Below are positions 1 through 11,374 of a DNA stretch of 64,000 nt, piece by piece; positions within the stretch are counted from its first letter, which is position 1; each line of letters opens with the position of its first letter. Below the pieces are notes generated by a model that did not search any database, was not told the origin of the DNA, and saw only the letters and a list, made by a program, of their open reading frames with translations. The stretch lies in assembly GCA_043228905.1 (NCBI GenBank), contig JBHGNT010000017.1, positions 12,710,001 to 12,774,000 of the forward strand, given 5' to 3'. This DNA comes from Azolla caroliniana (Eukaryota > Plantae > Polypodiophyta). The position numbers and the translations under genes were made by a program.

Positions 1-114
1 GTTCGGCTTTCGTTTGTGTCGTCTTTCGGCCGAATTCTCTTCCTTTCGGTTCGGCTTTCTTTCGGGTCGACTTTTGGTCGAATCCTCTTTTACCCGGTTC
101 GGCTTTCTTTCGGA

Positions 115-1404
115 TCAGAATCCCGTCCGGATCACCTTCCATCCAAACCGGCTTCCGACTTTACCTTTCTTGCTGCCACCTCCCGTCTCTCCCGTCTCAC
201 GTTGGTTCTCGGACACAACTGCCGAAGTCTCTAGAATTAGTGGGTAGGAATCCTCGGTATTATCATCCTCCATTGTTTCACCCATAGCCATATTCTCGGC
301 TATCTCTCCGTCGTATGCATCGACTTCGACCTTTGTTTTCTCTCCGCCACCTTCCGTCTCTTCGGTCTCACGTTGCCTTTCGAACGCAACCGCCGGAGTC
401 TCTAGAATTAGTGGTGGGGAAGTCTCGATATGGCCATCCGTCGTTGATTCGTCCATAGCCACCTTCAATTCGATGTCATCTTTCGTGGTGACCTCCTCAA
501 TCAAGTCCTCCTTGCTCTCTTTCACTGCATCAATTATGCTTACCCTTTTTTCACCCGATGTTTCGGACACTTGTATTCTGAAATCTTCTTCTACACTTGG
601 GTTATCGGCCTTATCCTTCGCCATCGTTCTTTCGCAAGACAAGAGGGTAGCTTGTTTTACACCCTCTTCCGTCGCACCATCATGTTGTATTTCGGCCTTC
701 ATATCGGCTCCATCGTTTGTCTTCAATCGACCATCCTTCATCGGCCATGTCGTTGACAAGATTCTCATCTTCCTCTCATCATGTCTCCGGCATACCCTTT
801 GGACTTCGGCCCAATCTTCGGTAAGACCATTCGTACCTTCATCGTCTTCGAGTTTGATCCCGATGTCCATCCTTTCTTTTCGATCGATCGATTTTACGAA
901 CATTAGGACTTTATCCTCCCCCACCAATCGTTGTTCCCGCTCCGAGAGTCGAGCAAGACGATGCTCGAACTCTAGGAATGCTTGTGTTGCACTTTGGTGG
1001 GTCTTCTCCGATGCCACCCATTCATCGAACTCTCGCCGATCTCGTCCCTTCGGTCTATCGTAATCATATGCCTCTCGTAAAGCTCCTTCAAAGGACCCCC
1101 ATGTTGGGTTTTGTTGCCGTATCTTGTAGATTCTTTCTTGTAACTCATCCGTGGCTACCCGATTGAAGGATATCACTTGCAATCCTTCCGGTGTCCCACA
1201 TCGCATCATCTCCCCTTTGTAGTCATGTAGATAGCGTGACACATCATTTCCGTTGAATTGTCCGTTTCGTTGTACGAGCCGCTTTACTGCCCCCGTGATC
1301 TCCGACATCGCTCGTTGTTCTTGTAGCATCCGCTCGAACATCAACATCATCGTTATGCTCATTGCCTCTTGTTGATTCTCCATCTCCTTGCCACCCGCCT
1401 TCAC
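115..1404 (-). CDS. gag: Gag (capsid-like) protein with an acidic C-terminal tail and no zinc knuckle; first ATG near 1383
   Basis: GQFNGNDVSRYLHDYKGEM...TWGSFEGAL...LMFVKSID...GLTEDWAEVQRVC aligns with Gag at 35023-36369 (GRFSGKDATKYLASYGAEM...TWEEFEGRL...LLFVKSVD...GLTTDWAAVKRVC). The frame is uninterrupted. Confidence 0.8.
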   Translation of the reverse strand: MKAGGKEMENQQEAMSITMMLMFERMLQEQRAMSEITGAVKRLVQRNGQFNGNDVSRYLHDYKGEMMRCGTPEGLQVISFNRVATDELQERIYKIRQQNPTWGSFEGALREAYDYDRPKGRDRREFDEWVASEKTHQSATQAFLEFEHRLARLSEREQRLVGEDKVLMFVKSIDRKERMDIGIKLEDDEGTNGLTEDWAEVQRVCRRHDERKMRILSTTWPMKDGRLKTNDGADMKAEIQHDGATEEGVKQATLLSCERTMAKDKADNPSVEEDFRIQVSETSGEKRVSIIDAVKESKEDLIEEVTTKDDIELKVAMDESTTDGHIETSPPLILETPAVAFERQRETEETEGGGEKTKVEVDAYDGEIAENMAMGETMEDDNTEDSYPLILETSAVVSENQRETGETGGGSKKGKVGSRFGWKVIRTGF

Positions 1405-1417
1405 GTCGGGTTCACCA
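1401..1417 (-). promoter_or_regulatory. Primer binding site, tRNA-Trp
   Basis: TGGTGAACCCGACGTGA is complementary to the plant tRNA-Trp 3' end (...TCACGTCGGGTTCA-CCA, recalled sequence). Identical to the PBSs at 12070 and 35010. Confidence 0.85.
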
Positions 1418-1421
1418 ACTG

Positions 1422-2204
1422 TGTCGTGCCTTTCGGCTCCAGATCGTTGCGTGAGTCGGGTGGGAACCGCCGAGGTTTTGGACTAGGAGAAAGAAAAATA
1501 TGAGATGAGGCTAGTAATGAATAGATTATTAGAAAGAGAGATAGAAATTTCGTGAATCCCACGAGTGTATTGTATTCGATTAATCAATATTTAGATAAGA
1601 ATATGTATTTAGATTGAAAGAAAGATATAAGAAACTTGTGAATCCCACAAGTATAGCTTATATTATTTTCGTGAATCCCACGATTATATTAATCGGTTGG
1701 TGTTTTCGGAAATATATCCAATTTCCAAATATTTCACACACCTATTACATTGTGCTCCCCATCCTTATGTAGTGATGGGAGAGACTAAGCATAACTACAT
1801 GCTTTTTCTAATATGTTCATGCACACTAAATGTGCATGTGATGCTTTTCTAATCCTTGCTTTTATTTGCTAAATATAGTGCTCATGCACGCTAGATGTGC
1901 ATGAGTCACTTTTTAGTCGCTTGCGTTTTTCTATAAAATATTCACGCACTCTAAAAATGCATGATTTACCTTTTAATAAAGGTAGGCGCAAATAAAGCAG
2001 TTATAGTTATTAAATCTATTTATAGAACACTAAAGATAAGGTAGCATAATGGTAAAGTTGAGGTTTGGCTACGTGGAGGTACAAGGTTCAAATCTTGCCC
2101 TATGCATGTGATAAATATCTTGATATTCTTATTTTATTTATTTATATGTAATTAAATCGGTTATATTATTTTTACTTTTTCACGTAGTGTACGAAATACA
2201 CTAA
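1422..2204 (-). repeat. 5' LTR of element A (outer terminus slightly eroded)
   Basis: Reverse-complement similarity to 5660-6386 at both ends. Contains repeated TCGTGGGATTCACGA-type motifs. Confidence 0.8.
2035..2107 (+). ncRNA. tRNA-derived Pol III-type cassette inside the LTR, antisense to the element
   Basis: A-box TAGCATAATGG at 2042-2052, B-box GGTTCAAATCT at 2085-2095, T-arm-like hairpin and a CCTATGCA end. Confidence 0.5.
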
Positions 2205-2208
2205 ACGC

Positions 2209-4645
2209 ACTACATGAATAGGCAAGAAAAACCCCACAAGAAAAAGACCCCCTTTCACCACCTCACTCTTCTTGCTTTATATGAAGTTCTCCTCTAGTAG
2301 ATAAGTTTCGCTTGCTTTCTTTTCCACGCTTTTTTTAGAGCTTTTCCATCTCCTATTCATAGTTATGACACAACGATCTTCTAATCGTCATATCTCCCTC
2401 ATCCATGCTCCAAATTTAGAGTTTTAAAAAGCTACGGATAGCTCTCTTCACAACCTTTCTAACCCATATTTACACGTGATATTTGGGTGTCAAACGAGAG
2501 AGTTATGAGCATTTGTTTCTGACTGCGTTTTGGTGGTCTGCTTTTTCTCTTTTTAACTTTTCTCCATCTTTATTGCTTTTATTTGGACTTATCCACGAGA
2601 TGTTAGTTCATGTCCTTGTCCTCCAAATGTGAATCCTCCATACCTTATATTCTTTTAGTGTCCAATGGCTTGAATTCTAAAAACAGTTTCACATTTAGCC
2701 CTCCCCCTTGCTTCTTGGTGAACCATTTATGGTGAACCCTAAGCTACTAATAAAACTAAAGGTTCTCCTTCGCCTTATTCATGGCTATAGACAAAGAAGG
2801 AGATAATAAATAAATAAATAAAAACAAATGATGTGAGTAAAACCCCCGCTAGTCGGTAGGAAAAACCTCACACTTCTAAACACACACACATACACATTGA
2901 CAATTGCCATCACCATCTTTCTCCTTGTCAACACAAAGAAAGAGGTTACAACAATTAGTATATCTTCATCAACTTTCCAAACAGAAGTAGGTCTATGTGA
3001 TACATAACTCTTGATAGAAGTAAGCATGTTAACATATGAATAAATCTTTCGAGCGAGCGAACCTTTTGTACAAATACCTTCAAAGCTTCGAGACTTGTCA
3101 GAATTGTCATATTTTGAATTATGTCAATCTTTGCTTCATCAACATGACTTTCTTCTTGGCACACCACATTCTCCACATTACCTTGTTTTTTATGTATGAC
3201 CATTTCATCTAGAATCTCATCTCGAAAAGGAAGAAAAAATAAATCTCGTTTGGTTGACTCATTCAAGGGTTGGAAGTTAACGTCTTTCTCCTTTGGAACC
3301 ACAACAATAGGTGATATACACTTCAAATCCTCCATATGATAAATGAAACTCTCTTGTAACAATGCTTTATGATCTTTCTTTTGCACAACCTTAGATTCTT
3401 GAAGAGTTTGGGCAATTGGTACCTTCAATTTGATAAGGTCTTTGGAGCAATCTTCTCCTTTTATATGTGAATAGACATTTATGAGTAATTTTGGAAACTC
3501 AAAAAGAAAAGAACTAAACCTTAGATGCTCTTCTCCTTGGATATAGCTTGAAATCATCTTCTCCAAGGTGATAATGCTTTTCTCTTCAATGACTTCTTCT
3601 TCCTCCTTAGACACCATGTGGAATGATTTGTTTTCCCTATCCCACGAAGATTCATCAATTGTTATGCTTTCCTCTTCTTGATTGCCATTGTCGATAGATG
3701 ATTCCTTCTCCTTTATACATTTGATTAGTTGTGGTGGATCCTTTGATGGTGATAAGTTCATGATACTCCAATCATGCATTGCAAGTAATTCTCTTTGCTC
3801 TTGATCAAATTGTTGTTGAAGAGTTGATGCCCACATAACTTTGTTGCTACTCAATGCAAATCCAAAACATAAATCATGCACGAACACCTTCATACACTGC
3901 AACTTGGCACTTACCAATGCTTCCTTACACGCATTGATCTCCAAAAGCCAATCTCCAGCTATCACTTCTAGGTTACCTTCTTCATCTTGCAACTTCGTTG
4001 TGGGTACTTCACCATCAACAACTTCTTTTGTCATATCTTCCATTTCATCTTGCACATATTCATCATCAACCACCATATCGCTTGTTGTATCAATAATGTC
4101 CTCAACATGATGTACATTGGCATCACCATCCATAACATCGCTTCTCATAACAATCTCCTTAGATTCGTCTTTCACATCATCATTCTTTATATCATGGTTG
4201 TCCTCATGAACTAGATGGGGGAACTCCACATTCATCACCTCTTCTTCATTGTCTCTGGAATCACCTTCATAGACATCATTATAACTCCAAAAATTAGAAT
4301 AATGATATGAGGGAACCTGTTGAATCGGACATTGCAAGTAGGCTGGTTGTTGGCTCATGACCGATCCACAATTATTATATCTTGGATTTATGGTATATGA
4401 CGCCGATACTCCATATGCTTCATCGAATAACAACTTCTTCAATTGTTGATCATAACTTTGACATACTCGAAGCAAATCATGGAAAGACCTTGGGTACTTC
4501 ATATGCACTTCATATTGAAAATATGGATCTAGCCCTGCTTTGAATCTTTCCATCTTGAAGTATACATCTTCAACGCCTCCAACAAGTCCAATCCAAGTGG
4601 ACCATATATCCAAAAACGTCTTCTCATACTCGAGGTAGCACATTG
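2209..4645 (-). mobile_element. Degenerate gypsy-derived element: gag/RT-remnant ORF, PPT-like tract (~2698-2710) and probable partial 3' LTR (2693 leftwards) interrupted by element A
   Basis: The ORF carries Gag-like FKAGLDPYFQYEV...PRSFHDLL and RT-like CISPIVVVPK...NFQPLNESTKRDLFFLPFRDEILD. On the minus strand CAAGGGGGAGGGC precedes TGTGAAAC. Confidence 0.55.
2955..4645 (-). pseudogene. Chimeric Gag C-terminus + acidic linker + RT remnant without catalytic core, in one open frame
   Basis: This is the part of the 712-aa ORF from CYLEYEKTF onward. The ORF's N-terminal part is only antisense read-through of element A'. Confidence 0.55.
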
Positions 4646-5659
4646 GTGCGATCGAAAGGCAACGTGAGACCGAAGAGACGGAAGGTGGCGGAGAGAAAAC
4701 GAATGTCGAAGCCGACGAATACGATGAAGAGATAGCCGAGAAGAATGCTAAGGGTGAAACTACGAAAGAAGGTAATACCGAGGATTCATGCCAACAATAT
4801 CTAGAGACTTCGGCGGTTGTGTCCGAGAACCAACGTGAGACCGGAGAGACGGGAGATGGCGGCGAGGAAGGTAAAGTCGGAAGTCGGTTCGGATGGAAAA
4901 TGATCCATCCGAAATTCCAACCTAAAAGAAAGTGCGACAATGCGGAGGTCGGGTCTACGACGGGAGAAGCGCGTAATACAGAGCACGCTCTACGGCGAAT
5001 AAAGAAACGCGTGTTATGGCGAATAAAGAAGCACGCGCTACGGCGAGAAAAGAAGCATGCATTACAACCACACGAGGACCGAACAACGAGCACATATCGG
5101 AGGACCTACGTAGCGAACAACGGAAAGAAGTGCCGAAAGTCGAACCGGACAAGGCAGGTGAAAACGAAGAAAAGAAAGCAAATCCGGACGAAAAGAAAAG
5201 AAAAGAAACCGACCCGAAAGAGCACTGAATCGGTAAAAACCGATCAACCGAGTCTGGATCGACCGAATACAAATCGGAAAGGAAGCCGAACTAAACGAAA
5301 GACGATCCGATGAGACCGAATCGGAAGTAAGCTAATCCGACTAAACCGAAAATCCGAAAAGAAGTCAAGATTGATGAAGAAAAGAAATAGGGCAAGAAAA
5401 GATACTACCGCGGATGACAAGGACCAAGCGGGCCATGCAAAAAGCGAACGAAGACTATGGTGGATCGGATGTCGACAATGGTTCGGGTGGAAAGAATGGA
5501 TGTGCTCCAAATGGAGAGACAAAGTCAACATAACAAGAGAAGTCGAGGGTACTACGAGCCGGCAACGAAACCAATCGGGTAGAGACCGGACGGAGGAGAC
5601 TAACAAACACCAACAACTTCGGCACATACCGGAGGATGTGCGGGTTTGGAGGGGGTGAG

Positions 5660-6386
5660 TGTCGTAGTGTATTTTGTACACTACGTGAAAAACGTATATA
5701 GTATTAGATTCAATAAAAAATGAAGAAATAGAAGAAAATAGCAAAATAAATGGAACATGCATAGGGCAAGATTCGAACCTTGCACCTCCATGTTAATAAT
5801 GTAATGTCTTACCATTACACTAGCATTTCATTAGTGTTAAAGCATAGATGTCCCACATAGAAAGGTAAATTCACGCTAGGATAAACATTAGAAAAACGCA
5901 TAACAAAAGAAAAAGCTACACATACACATCTAGCGTGCATGATAAAATACGCACAAGTTAGAAAAAAGCATGATCACTTTAGATAAAGCATATAGTCTAT
6001 CTATAGGAAAAGCATGGGGTGTATAGTTAGAGAAAAAGCATGGATTACTAAGACTTCCTCATCACTACATAAGGATGGGGAGCACAATGTAATTGTGTGT
6101 GAAATACTTGGAAACTGGATATGTTTCTAAAAAACACCAATTAATAAACTATACTCGTGGGATTCACGAGGATTCTATATCATTCTCTTTCAACCCAAAT
6201 TTATATTCTTATATTCATATTGATTAATCAAATACAATACACTCGTGGGATTCACGAGTTTGCTATAACTCTTTCTTACAACATATTTATATTCTTATTA
6301 GCCTTAAAACTCTCCTCTTCCTAGTCCAAAACCCTAGTGGTTCCCACCCGACTCACGCAAACGATCCGGAGCCGAAAGGCACGACA
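5660..6386 (+). repeat. 3' LTR of element A'
   Basis: TGTCGTAG...GGCACGACA termini, preceded by a purine tract. Confidence 0.85.
5757..5825 (-). ncRNA. tRNA-derived Pol III-type cassette inside the LTR, antisense to the element
   Basis: Minus strand reads TAGTGTAATGG (A-box) ... GCAAG-GTTCGAAT-CTTGC (B-box in a T-arm hairpin) CCTATGCA. Confidence 0.55.
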
Positions 6387-6387
6387 C

Positions 6388-6669
6388 AGAATGATATAGA
6401 ATCCTCGTGAATCCCACGAGTATAGTTTATTAATTGGTGTTTTTTAGAAACATATCCAGTTTCCAAATATTTTTCACACCAAATTTATATTCTTATATTC
6501 ATATTGATTAATCAAATACAATACACTCGTGGGATTCACGAGTTTGCTATAACTCTTTCTTACAACATATTTATATTCTTATTAGCCTTAAAACTCTCCT
6601 CTTCCTAGTCCAAAACCCCAGCGGTTCCCACCCGACTCACGCAACGATCCGGAGCCGAAAGGCACGACA
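6388..6669. repeat. Inverted copy (6388-6479 of 6097-6186) plus direct copy (6479-6669 of 6196-6386) of LTR sequence
   Basis: Near-identical sequence matches visible directly. Confidence 0.9.
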
Positions 6670-6873
6670 ACGCGTGTATAAAGTCTAATGCTATATTGCT
6701 AAGTAACCAATTAAGTCTGATTAATCGTTGTGTCTTAAGTTATCTCGCCGTAACACCCCTTTGGTGAAGTGTCTTCTGTAGACACCCTGTGTTAGGCCAT
6801 TGTCCGGCCCTAAGGAATAACACAATTTTTGGCAACCACGATTGCTGCACAATCGCAACGAACATCGGCGAGA

Positions 6874-9800
6874 ATGGATGACTAGAACAACGAACGATCC
6901 GATTACGGAGCGAGCAAGGAGACTTGCTGAACGGCTGAGGACGCAAGAGGCTTTCCATCAAGCGGCAGAAGAAATCAGAGCGGATCGCTCATTTTCCAAA
7001 GTGATCCGGAGAGTGGCCAAGGAGTCATTTTGGTTACCACAAAACGACTACCCGGATGAAGGAAGTAGCCTAAGCAACCTTCAGGAAGCGGAATGCCTTC
7101 TCCAGGCATTGGCAGCGGGCGAAGGCGAATCCGAAGCATTTTCAACTTTTGAATCAGATTCGGAAGGGGAATACAGCGCACTTGCGAACTACCGCAACAG
7201 TAACAACACCCCAACGGACCGGAGGACGAGGAGTCGGATACCTTGCCAACACCGGAACCAGAATTGACAAGGCTGGAACCTCTTGCACTGGAAGTCGAGC
7301 ACACTCTGGAACCAGAAGTCGAGGAATAGAGACCTCCGACACCGGAAGTCGAGAAGGAGAAGCCTCCGACACCAACAGAGGAGCAGGAAAGACCTCCGAC
7401 AGCAATAGAGGACCGGGAAAGACCTCTGACGCCGACAGAGGAGGAGGAAAGACCACTGACACCACCAACCCGCATACCAACACCAGACAACGATATGTCG
7501 TTCCAATATCCTAGATACCGGGATGATCCAGACACGGAAGCTCACGTCCATGCGTTTCAGCAGACCTGGGAGGCAAACCATGTGTCCCAACGCTTAAATG
7601 TGGCTGAAGAGGAACGCTCAAAAAGGGCAAAGTTCAGCATGACCCTGGAGGGACCGGCCGCCAGATGGCACCAAACACAAGATCCCAGCACCATCCCCAC
7701 GTTTGAAACATAAAAGACAAAGTTCTTGCATTTCTTTCACAAGGAGATGGACCAACGGGAAATGGTAGGCTTATTTTACAATATCCAGCAGGAACCAACG
7801 GAGAACATTCAACAGTTTGTCATCCGGTTCCAGCGGATCCACAGTCAGCTCAGTCGAACACCACCGGAGGAAGAAACAAAGGCCATATTCTTAGCAGCAC
7901 TCCGGGAACCCTTACGAACGGTGTGCACCGTCATTGATTTCCGCACCAGCAGCATAGATCAAGTGATCGACCGAGTTCGGGAAATGGAAAACTCAAGTTC
8001 ATGGCTAACCATGGGCGCACTTCAGCGTGCACTACCGACAGATGAGGACCTCCATTTCCGGCAAGAAATTCAATGTACGACATGCCTGAATGCCGGACAT
8101 TCAATGCTGGAATGCACCATGCGTTCCCGATGCTTGCTCTGCCACTCCAAAAGTCACACAATGGAACGGTGTGAGTATAACTTGTTAAATCGGGAAGCAC
8201 CACCGGTCCGGAAAATTGAACCATGAAGCAACCGAGAGGAAGAAGAAGAACGTTGGCGGCGAGAGGAGCGCTACCGGCCGGCACAAGATGTCTGGTACAG
8301 CGATCGAAGAGACGCTTATGACCGGTATGACAGACAGGATAGATACCAGGACTAGAATGGACGGTACGAGAGATACAACCGGGATCACTCCCCTGGTTAC
8401 AACCAACGACGGGACGACTATGGCAAGTATGACGACCAAACCTGTCAAGGTTACCGAAACAAAAAGAATTTCAACAAGAAACGTCATTTCAACGAAAAAG
8501 GGGGTCATCCACGGGAACCGGAAAAGGGCGCTCCAAGCAGCCAACTGGACCAAAACCAAGCACTTACCATAGGACCTCAACTGGGGGGCAGGCACAAACG
8601 CCGAATCCAGCAACACCCAGAAGGCGTACTGCTATTATTGCCGACAAGAAGGCCACTATAGTAACCAATATCCGGCGAAGAGCTACGACAAGCGACCAAC
8701 GGTGAACATGGTAGACGCGGAAGTCGCGGACTTACAACAAGTCACTACAAGATCAAAAGGCAAAGCCACGAATTGGGAAACTCAAGAAGCCATCCGGAAG
8801 CAGGCAACCGAATGGGTGAAGAAGGCAAACGAGCAGAATGCGGCAGACCTCGAACAACAAAAGGAGAATGCCGAAGAGCTCACCGGCTTGGGGCAGCCCG
8901 AAAACCCAACATTGCCAAATAACGTTGCCGTTAGGCCGGCTATTTCAACTGGTACCACGTTTACGGAAGGACTGAAGACAGGAAGGACGGCAGCCGACAC
9001 GCCACCGGCTCCCACATTCTTTTCAAATCCGGAGGAAGGACCAACAGTGGTAGACACGAGCAATCCGGCAATCACAGCCATCGTGAAAGGAAAAGAGCTA
9101 CCCAACACCATTATCGATGGAGGATCCGGCGTGAACGTGATCAGCCTCAGAACGTGTAACACTCTAGAAATCCATGACTAGGAACCATGCCCGTTTTGGC
9201 TTCGGATGGCGGACACAAGCTCAGTACGGCCGTCTGGATTAATACGTGATCTGGAAGTGACCATCGGGGGTCACACATTTCGCATTTCCGCAGTAGTTCT
9301 CTAGCTACAGGCTCAGGGAGCTTACCCACTATTGTTGGGACGCCCTTGGTTAAAAACAGCACACATCAAGCAAAACTGGAGGAAGAATATAATTACGTTC
9401 TGGCCTGGAAAAGCGAAAGTGTGAGTACCAACTCAACCATGGTCGGGTACCGGCAAGGAATTGACGCCGCTATATGCGGAATGTGTCAACATGCTGGAAG
9501 GATTGGCGGACGAAGAGGTTGATGTAGTCGAAGCAGTATCACCGTACATACTGCAACCGGACGGGACCGACGAGGAGCCAGATAAAGAAGCAATCCGGGA
9601 GTTATGGCAAGTATAGGAGGCACTGGAAAGAGAAATGGTGGTGTCACAGCACGTAAAAGCATCCCAACTAGAAGAGGTAAACCTAAGTACCACAGAGGAC
9701 ACAAGACCGGTGCACATCGCCAAGGAAATGACACCGGAGAACAAAATGGCAATGATCACACTCCTAAAAGAATTTCGCGATGTGTTCGCCTGGTCCTACG

Positions 9801-11374
9801 AGGATATGCGGGGACTCCATCCTCAGTTGTATCAACACCAGATACATCTGAGTAAAGACACCAGACCGGAGGTGCAACGACGTTACCGGATGAACCTGAA
9901 TTACGCAGCAAAAGTCAAAGAAGAAATTGACAAGTTGCTAAGGGTTGGCTTCATCCAACCGGTAAAGAAAGCCACATGGCTCAGTCCGATAGTCGTCGTA
10001 CTGAAAAAGAACGGTAAGATAAGAGTTTGCGTCGACTACCGGAAATTGAATGCGGCTACGTTAGCAGACGCCTTTCCAATTCCATTCACAGATGGAGTCC
10101 TGGATGCGGTCGCCGGACATGAGGTGTACAGTTTTCTGGACGGTTTCAGCAACTATAATCAGATCCGGATGCACCCCGACGACCATGAGAAAACCTCTTT
10201 TGTCCCCGAATGGGGAGTCTTTGTTGTCGTAGTGATGATGTTCGGACTGAAAACGGTGCCGGCAACCTTCTAGCGGATCATCGTGGAGATTTTTGGAGAA
10301 TTCATTCCGGCATTCATGTAGGTGTTCTTGGACGACTTCGCTATTTATAGCCGGAAAGGGGATCACCTTCAGCACCTCCGACTATGTTTGGAGAAATGTA
10401 GGGTTTACCGACTAAGCCTGAACCCGGAAAAATGCGTGTTCGGAGTGGCCAATGGAGCGTTACTTGGCCACCTCGTGAGCAAGGACGGTATTGCAGTGGA
10501 TCCGGACAAGGTCAAAACTATTTTGGAGGCACCGGCACCAAACACGGCAAAGGCATTAAGCCGGTTCTTAGGACAAATTCGGTGGCATAGCTGAATGCTC
10601 CAGTATCTAGCAGACCTGGCTACACCATTGCATGTCGCGGTACATCAGACACCGTTCCAATGGACGGACACAGAAGACCAGGTTTACCGGGCACTAAAAG
10701 TACTGATGTCACAAGCGCTGGTGGTGCAACCTCCGGATTGGTCTAAAGAGTTCCATGTGTTCGTTGACGCGTCTGACATCACAATCGGGATCGTGCTTAT
10801 GCAACTTACAGAACCGAAATGGTACCGGCCAGTGTATTATGCCAGCCGGAAGCTGTCCCAAGCAGAACGTAATTATTCCACAATGGAAAGGGAGGCCTTG
10901 GGTATGATCTACAATGTCACCAAGTTTAGACACTATCTATTGGGAAGGATATTTTCGTTTCACGTAGATCATTCGGCGCTCCTCTACTTGGTGTCCAAAG
11001 CATCACTCACCGGTAAGCTTGCCCGGTGGACGTTACTATTACAAGAATTTGAGTTCGAGATATTCCACTGACTCGGCATACAACATGCGGTAGTAGACTA
11101 TTTGAGCCGGTTAGATTCCAGCGAAACTGGTGACGGCGTCCCAGACGACTTTCCGAATGCAGAGTTGTTTAGAGTTACAGCAAAAACGACAACTGATGGT
11201 ACGGTCGCAGAGGAAGACAAGTGGCTCACCAACATGCACCAATTTCTAAACACCGGTTTACCTCCGGAAGAAATGAACAGAGACGAAAAGAAACGCTTAA
11301 CGGTTCAAAGCTGGCACTTCTGTTTATTATAGGACACACTGTACCACAAAGGCGTAGATGGCATATGGCAACGT
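6874..11374 (+). pseudogene. pol: gag-pol of element B (Gag with CCHC knuckles, protease, RT, RNase H, start of integrase); many stops and frameshifts
   Basis: YPRYRDDPDTEAHV; CTTCLNAGHSMLEC; IIDGGSGVNVIS; WLSPIVVV..KNGKIRVCVDYRKLN; FLDD; FHVFVDASD; ERNYSTMEREAL. Confidence 0.92.
7261..7470 (+). repeat. 30-bp coding tandem repeat (EE.ERPPTPT-like) in gag
   Basis: GAGGA..GAAAGACCTCCGAC.. recurs every 30 nt. Confidence 0.75.

Larger units (their letters stand above)
1..2204 (-). mobile_element. Element A: non-autonomous gag-only LTR retroelement of the tRNA-Trp gypsy group (5' LTR, PBS, gag-like ORF; continues beyond the window start)
   Basis: On the minus strand the LTR ends ...GGCACGACA at 1422, followed by a 4-nt spacer, the PBS TGGTGAACCCGACGTGA and a Gag-homologous ORF. 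The LTR is homologous to 5660-6386. Confidence 0.85.
4646..6669 (+). mobile_element. Element A': 3' part of a second gag-only element (gag tail, 3' region, PPT, 3' LTR with rearranged end)
   Basis: 4648-4910 matches the reverse complement of ~130-385. No pol lies between the gag tail and the PPT GGAGGGGGTGAG. The LTR starts TGTCGT at 5660. Confidence 0.85.

Noticed and set aside
2035-2107. Functional tRNA genes (also 5757-5825 and 27169-27240)
   Set aside because: D, anticodon and acceptor stems do not pair properly. Only the promoter boxes and a T-arm-like hairpin remain.
2955-5093. 712-aa ORF as a single host gene
   Set aside because: Its first ~150 codons are the antisense strand of element A' fused at ~4645 to a different retroelement remnant.
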